64,000 nt of DNA from Flavobacteriales bacterium (lineage in GTDB: Bacteria > Bacteroidota > Bacteroidia > CAIKAF01), in the NCBI GenBank assembly GCA_044376575.1, contig JBILKR010000004.1, positions 49,053 to 113,052 on the forward strand, given 5' to 3'. Positions 59,575-64,000 of the stretch are shown here, piece after piece. The notes below the pieces were generated by a model that saw only the letters and a program-made list of their open reading frames with translations, was not told the DNA's origin and made no database searches. Position 1 is the first letter of the stretch; each line of letters begins with the position of its first letter. Made by a program: the position numbers and the translations under genes.

Positions 59575-60534
59575 ATGGTATTAATGAAAAACAGAATTAC
59601 TGAATTACTAAATATTCAATATCCTATCATACAGGCCGGCATGATTTGGTGTTCAGGATGGGAACTAGCTTCGGCGGTGAGTAATGCAGGCGGACTGGGA
59701 ATCATTGGGTCAGGTTCCATGTATCCGGATGTGTTAGAAGAGCAGATCAAAAAATGTAAAGCAGCCACATCTCGACCTTTTGCGGTAAATATTCCATTGA
59801 TTTATCCTCAGGTAGCTGATCATATAGATATAATTATTAGAAACAAGGTGCCTGTTGTTTTTTCTTCTGCGGGCAATCCTAAAACATGGACTTCAATATT
59901 AAAGGAGAAGGGTATAAAAGTGGTCCATGTTGTGAGCAGTGCAAAGTTTGGGAAGAAAGCAGAAGAAGCCGGAGTTGATGCTGTGGTTGCAGAAGGTTTT
60001 GAAGCCGGAGGTCATAACGGAAGGGAAGAAACTACCTCGATGGTATTAATTCCAATGGTGGCTGATGCAGTAAAAATTCCTGTAATTGCAGCAGGAGGTA
60101 TTGGTAGTGGAAGAGCGATGGCTGCTGCTTTTGCATTGGGAGCAGAAGCTGTTCAGGTGGGAAGTAGGTTTGTTGCATCCATTGAATCTTCTGCACATGA
60201 GAATTTCAAAAATACGGTGATACAAACCGGAGAAGGTGAAACAGAACTGACATTAAAAGAACTTACCCCTGTTCGATTGATAAAAAATAAATTTTTTAAT
60301 GATATTAAATATGCCTATTCAACTGGTGCTTCAGTTGAAGATTTGTCTCAGTTATTAGGTCGAGGACGTGCAAAGAAAGGAATGTTTGAAGGTGACCTGA
60401 ATGAAGGGGAACTGGAAATAGGACAGGTAAGTGGAATGATCCATGAAATAATTCCTGCTGCAGAAATTGTTAAACAAATGATCCATGAGTTCAATCAGGT
60501 GGTGGATAAATTTCCTCATCTGAAAATTAAATAA
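59575..60534 (+). CDS. Nitronate monooxygenase/FabK-like flavin oxidoreductase
   Basis: YPIIQAGM, EGFEAGGH, IAAGGI, V..GSRF. Confidence 0.9.
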   Translation: MVLMKNRITELLNIQYPIIQAGMIWCSGWELASAVSNAGGLGIIGSGSMYPDVLEEQIKKCKAATSRPFAVNIPLIYPQVADHIDIIIRNKVPVVFSSAGNPKTWTSILKEKGIKVVHVVSSAKFGKKAEEAGVDAVVAEGFEAGGHNGREETTSMVLIPMVADAVKIPVIAAGGIGSGRAMAAAFALGAEAVQVGSRFVASIESSAHENFKNTVIQTGEGETELTLKELTPVRLIKNKFFNDIKYAYSTGASVEDLSQLLGRGRAKKGMFEGDLNEGELEIGQVSGMIHEIIPAAEIVKQMIHEFNQVVDKFPHLKIK

Positions 60535-60635
60535 ATATCTCATGCAACCATTAATCAAGAGATTACATTATTAAAATATCAATCATGTTTTACTGTTGAT
60601 GAAAGGCGAATTCATCTCAGAACTCAAGTCAATGG

Positions 60636-60673
60636 AAAAGGGGTGAAAAATAATTTATTTTTTGCCCCTTTTT
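60636..60673. terminator. Terminator-like hairpin
   Basis: AAAAGGGGTGAAAAATAA...TTATTTTTTGCCCCTTTT. Confidence 0.6.
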
Positions 60674-60689
60674 CTATTATCATTGAAAT

Positions 60690-61715
60690 ATGAAAAAATG
60701 GCTTAAAGATATTTTTATTGCAGTCTTTTTGTTCATTGGTTTACTGATGATGGATTTGATTATTTACGGGATTTCAATGGGCTACGGTCAATTCAGTATT
60801 ATATATCATTCTCAGCCCATTTCTTGTTTTGTTACTCAACCCAATGTAACACCAACGCAAAAAGAAAAAATAATTTTAATCGAGCGCATCAAAAAATTTA
60901 CGCAGGATTCACTCGGATTTGCACCATCTGATAATTATACAAGTGTTTATGATCAGGGAGATAAGCCTTTAATGTGGGTTGTTACAGCATGTAATAAATA
61001 TTCATTAACGCCTTATTATTGGACTTTCCCGGTGGCAGGCAAAGTAACATATAAAGGATTCTTTTCTCAGAATATGGCGGAATATGAAAAACAAAAACTC
61101 ATTCAAAAAGGATATGATGTAAAGATCCGTTTGGTAAATGCATGGAGCACGCTGGGATGGTTTAATGATCCAATAATGACAGGTTTTCTTGAATATGATC
61201 CGGGAGAATTATCCAATTTAATTATACATGAGTTATCTCATGGGACAATCTACGTTAAAGGAAATACTGAATACAATGAGAACCTGGCATCTTTCATTGG
61301 CGATCAGGGTGCCACATATTTTTTAAGCGCATTCTATGGATATAATTCTAAAGAGTATTCGGAGTACCAAAAAAACATGCATGATGAAAAATTATTTACC
61401 TCGTATATGATTAAATCGGCAGATCAATTGGATAGTTTATACGGTCTTCATTCTTTCATCAAATCTCCAGAATACAAAAAAGAAATTTTAAAAAATCAAT
61501 TGGTTCGTAACATCGTACAACATGGATTATTATTGCCATTTCAAGATGGTGAAAAATATAAAAAATGGTTGATGAAAACTGAATTGAACAATGCCGGATT
61601 CATTGTTTTTAAGCAATATAATAATCAGGTTGATGTATTCGTAAAAGAGTTTAATCAATGCTGCGGAGGTAACATTAAAAAGTATATTGGATTTTTGAAA
61701 CACAAATTCAATTAA
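60690..61715 (+). CDS. Putative zinc aminopeptidase
   Basis: W.FP..G...YKGFF, A.STLGWF.DP, HELSH...NE..A.F. Confidence 0.85.
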   Translation: MKKWLKDIFIAVFLFIGLLMMDLIIYGISMGYGQFSIIYHSQPISCFVTQPNVTPTQKEKIILIERIKKFTQDSLGFAPSDNYTSVYDQGDKPLMWVVTACNKYSLTPYYWTFPVAGKVTYKGFFSQNMAEYEKQKLIQKGYDVKIRLVNAWSTLGWFNDPIMTGFLEYDPGELSNLIIHELSHGTIYVKGNTEYNENLASFIGDQGATYFLSAFYGYNSKEYSEYQKNMHDEKLFTSYMIKSADQLDSLYGLHSFIKSPEYKKEILKNQLVRNIVQHGLLLPFQDGEKYKKWLMKTELNNAGFIVFKQYNNQVDVFVKEFNQCCGGNIKKYIGFLKHKFN

Positions 61716-61830
61716 TACAAATCTGAAGGACTATTTTACTTGTTAATAACTCTGCTAAAAAAACACTTCTTTTAAAAGAAATTTCAAGGGTTGATAATTC
61801 ATACCTTCGTTAAGTATTAAAATAAAAATC

Positions 61831-63072
61831 TTGATAGAACCGTCTTTTGATATTATCGTTGTAGGTGGAGGAATTGTAGGTTGTGCTACTGCATACAAAC
61901 TACAGGAGGCTTTCCCTACTTTGTCAATCGCGATTCTTGAAAAAGAGAAAAATCTTGCCAATCATCAAACAGGTAATAATTCAGGAGTTATTCATTCAGG
62001 AATTTATTATAAACCGGGTTCTTTCAAAGCTAAAAATTGTGTAGCAGGAAGACGTGAGTTAGTAGAGTTTGCAAAAAAACATAATATAGCTCATGATGTT
62101 TGCGGAAAATTAATTGTTGCGGTAGAAGAATGGGAACTCGAACAGTTGGATAAAATTTATCAACGTGGAATTGAAAATGGGATTGAAGATATTGAGTTGA
62201 TTGGTCCGGATGAGATTAAAAAGATTGAACCGCATTGCAATGGTTTAAAGGCAATACGCGTAGGTTGTACGGGAATAATAGATTTCAAGAGTGCAACTGA
62301 GAAAATGGCTGAACTTGTAACTCAGTTAAATAAAGATAGCAAGGTTTTTACATCAGTTAAAGTAATTCGCACGGAAAAGAAAGGAGACTGGAATATTGTT
62401 GAAACCAATCAGGGGAATTTCAAATCGAAATATTTGATTTTCTGTGCCGGATTACAAAGCGATCGCCTGGCAAAAAAAGACGGAGTAGAGCTGGATATGA
62501 AAATTGTTGGATTCAGGGGTGATTATTATGAGTTAACAGAAAAAGGCATGCATAAGGTGAAGCATCTTATTTATCCGGTACCCAATCCTCAGTTCCCTTT
62601 TTTAGGGGTTCATTTTACACGAATGGCACTGGGTGGTGTTGAGTGTGGACCCAATGCAGTCTTTACATTTAAAAGAGAAGGATATAAAAAAACAAGTTTT
62701 AATTTATGTGATACCTGGGATGCATTAACTTATAAAGGAACATGGAAGTTGTTTTTTAAGCACTGGCGTTTTGGGCTTGATGAGTATCGCAGAGCATTTT
62801 CAAAAAAACTGTTTTTAAAAACATTAAGGCGATTAATTCCTGATTTACAGATGGATGATATTGAGCCGGGAAGGGCAGGAGTTAGAGCAATGGCTCTTGA
62901 CCCGATGGGAGATATGATAGATGATTTTAAAATTGAATATCATGATCGTTCAATACATGTTTTAAATGCCCCTTCGCCAGCTGCATCTGCATCACTTGCC
63001 ATTGGATCTCAGGTGAGGGATATGGCTAAAGAATATTTTGATTTGAAGAACAATAAACCTATTAATACATAA
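61831..63072 (+). CDS. lhgO: L-2-hydroxyglutarate oxidase
   Basis: GGGIVG, HQTG.NSGVIHSGIYY.PGS.KA, PFLGVHFT, NAPSPAA. Confidence 0.93.
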   Translation: MIEPSFDIIVVGGGIVGCATAYKLQEAFPTLSIAILEKEKNLANHQTGNNSGVIHSGIYYKPGSFKAKNCVAGRRELVEFAKKHNIAHDVCGKLIVAVEEWELEQLDKIYQRGIENGIEDIELIGPDEIKKIEPHCNGLKAIRVGCTGIIDFKSATEKMAELVTQLNKDSKVFTSVKVIRTEKKGDWNIVETNQGNFKSKYLIFCAGLQSDRLAKKDGVELDMKIVGFRGDYYELTEKGMHKVKHLIYPVPNPQFPFLGVHFTRMALGGVECGPNAVFTFKREGYKKTSFNLCDTWDALTYKGTWKLFFKHWRFGLDEYRRAFSKKLFLKTLRRLIPDLQMDDIEPGRAGVRAMALDPMGDMIDDFKIEYHDRSIHVLNAPSPAASASLAIGSQVRDMAKEYFDLKNNKPINT

Positions 63073-63075
63073 TTT

Positions 63076-63621
63076 ATGCTTGGATTATTTGGAAAGAAAA
63101 AAGTGAAAGCAACAGAGTTGGTCCCAACTTATGTAGCAGCGATATATGATGTGATTGAAAATGGCTTTCCTGAAATTGCAGGTTATATTAATGAAGAAAA
63201 GGAATTTGATAAATCTCCCAATTTATCTGATAAAGAACATGAATGGTTCTTATTTATTATTTATGCAGGAAACATGATAAATCTTGAGAATCATTTTGAA
63301 AAACAACAGGCAACTGCATTGAGTTCAATGATATCAAAGGAAGTGATTCGTTTTCTTAAAAAAGATCCGGAGGTTACAGACAGTATTTTGTATGATTATG
63401 AAGTGTTCTTGAGAAATTTATTATCTCAAACCAAAAGCATAAATAAATCATTATCACTGGCCATTTTTCACAAATATGATTTGAATAAATACCAGAAAGA
63501 GCATTTTCAAAAACTAAATACACCAAGCCCGATTGTTATGAAGGAGCTAAACGAAATGGTTGATTTTTTTATGTGGAACTGGGAAGATTATCTCGCCAAA
63601 TACAAAGTTGTGATTAATTAA
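63076..63621 (+). CDS. Hypothetical protein
   Basis: 181-aa ORF, co-directional, 3 nt after lhgO. No motif recognised. Confidence 0.7.
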   Translation: MLGLFGKKKVKATELVPTYVAAIYDVIENGFPEIAGYINEEKEFDKSPNLSDKEHEWFLFIIYAGNMINLENHFEKQQATALSSMISKEVIRFLKKDPEVTDSILYDYEVFLRNLLSQTKSINKSLSLAIFHKYDLNKYQKEHFQKLNTPSPIVMKELNEMVDFFMWNWEDYLAKYKVVIN

Positions 63622-63623
63622 GG

Positions 63624-64000
63624 TTATGATTTCTTAGATAAATTGTATTTATCACCCCACAATTTTTCAAGATATTTTTTTATTTCATTTTCTTTTTGAT
63701 TTTCACCCGGAATATAGAATACAGTTCCTATTAATTCATCAGGTAAAAACTCTTGTTTGATAAAATTTCCCGGATAATCATGAGCGTATTTATAATTACT
63801 GCCATAATTTAATTCTTTCATCAGTGTTGTTGGTGCATTTCTCAAATGCAATGGAACAGGCTGGTTGCCGGTTCGTTTGATGATATCCTGCGCCTGATTA
63901 ATTGCAATGTATGATGCATTGCTTTTTACCGATGTGGCAAGGTAAATCGCAGTTTGACTTAAAATTATTCTAGCTTCAGGCATACCAATCACATCTATCG
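63624..64000 (-). CDS. rarA: Replication-associated recombination protein A, C-terminal part (5' end outside the window)
   Basis: IGMPE..I.L.Q, KSN..Y, VP.HLRNAPT.LM....YG..Y.YAHD. Confidence 0.92.
   Translation of the reverse strand, partial: IDVIGMPEARIILSQTAIYLATSVKSNASYIAINQAQDIIKRTGNQPVPLHLRNAPTTLMKELNYGSNYKYAHDYPGNFIKQEFLPDELIGTVFYIPGENQKENEIKKYLEKLWGDKYNLSKKS

Noticed and set aside
1-64000. tRNA, rRNA, CRISPR array, IS transposase, prophage or defence system
   Set aside because: None recognised. Nearly all the sequence is accounted for by the listed CDSs and short intergenic regions.

Overview
Bacteroidota chromosomal DNA, probably an aerobic Flavobacteriales-like lineage. This rests on TAnnTTTG/TTTG promoters, few Shine-Dalgarno signals, four T9SS C-terminal-domain cargo proteins, UpxY, Omp28, bS22 and CtaA. 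Positions 1-11.7 kb hold an ABC-transporter (Wzm/Wzt) surface-glycan cluster with glycosyltransferases and three methyltransferases. It is headed by upxY and a wHTH-nucleotidyltransferase-like regulator. The rest is mostly housekeeping (rimP-nusA-infB, gmd-fcl, asnS, sucD, carA, accBC, accA, mutY-HU-bS22-rne, glyA, lhgO, rarA) mixed with secreted proteins. No rRNA, tRNA, CRISPR array, transposase or prophage was seen. Best leads: (1) a four-gene T9SS cargo/TlpA/outer-membrane barrel/Omp28 cluster in which every protein carries a cysteine pair, a possible thiol-disulfide relay across the outer membrane; (2) a ~185-nt pseudoknot-plus-rod element upstream of upxY; (3) a perfect 13-bp palindrome over the regulator's promoter plus a downstream ops-like site; (4) an unannotated 31-aa bS22 gene. 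All family calls are from motif recognition by eye, not database searches.
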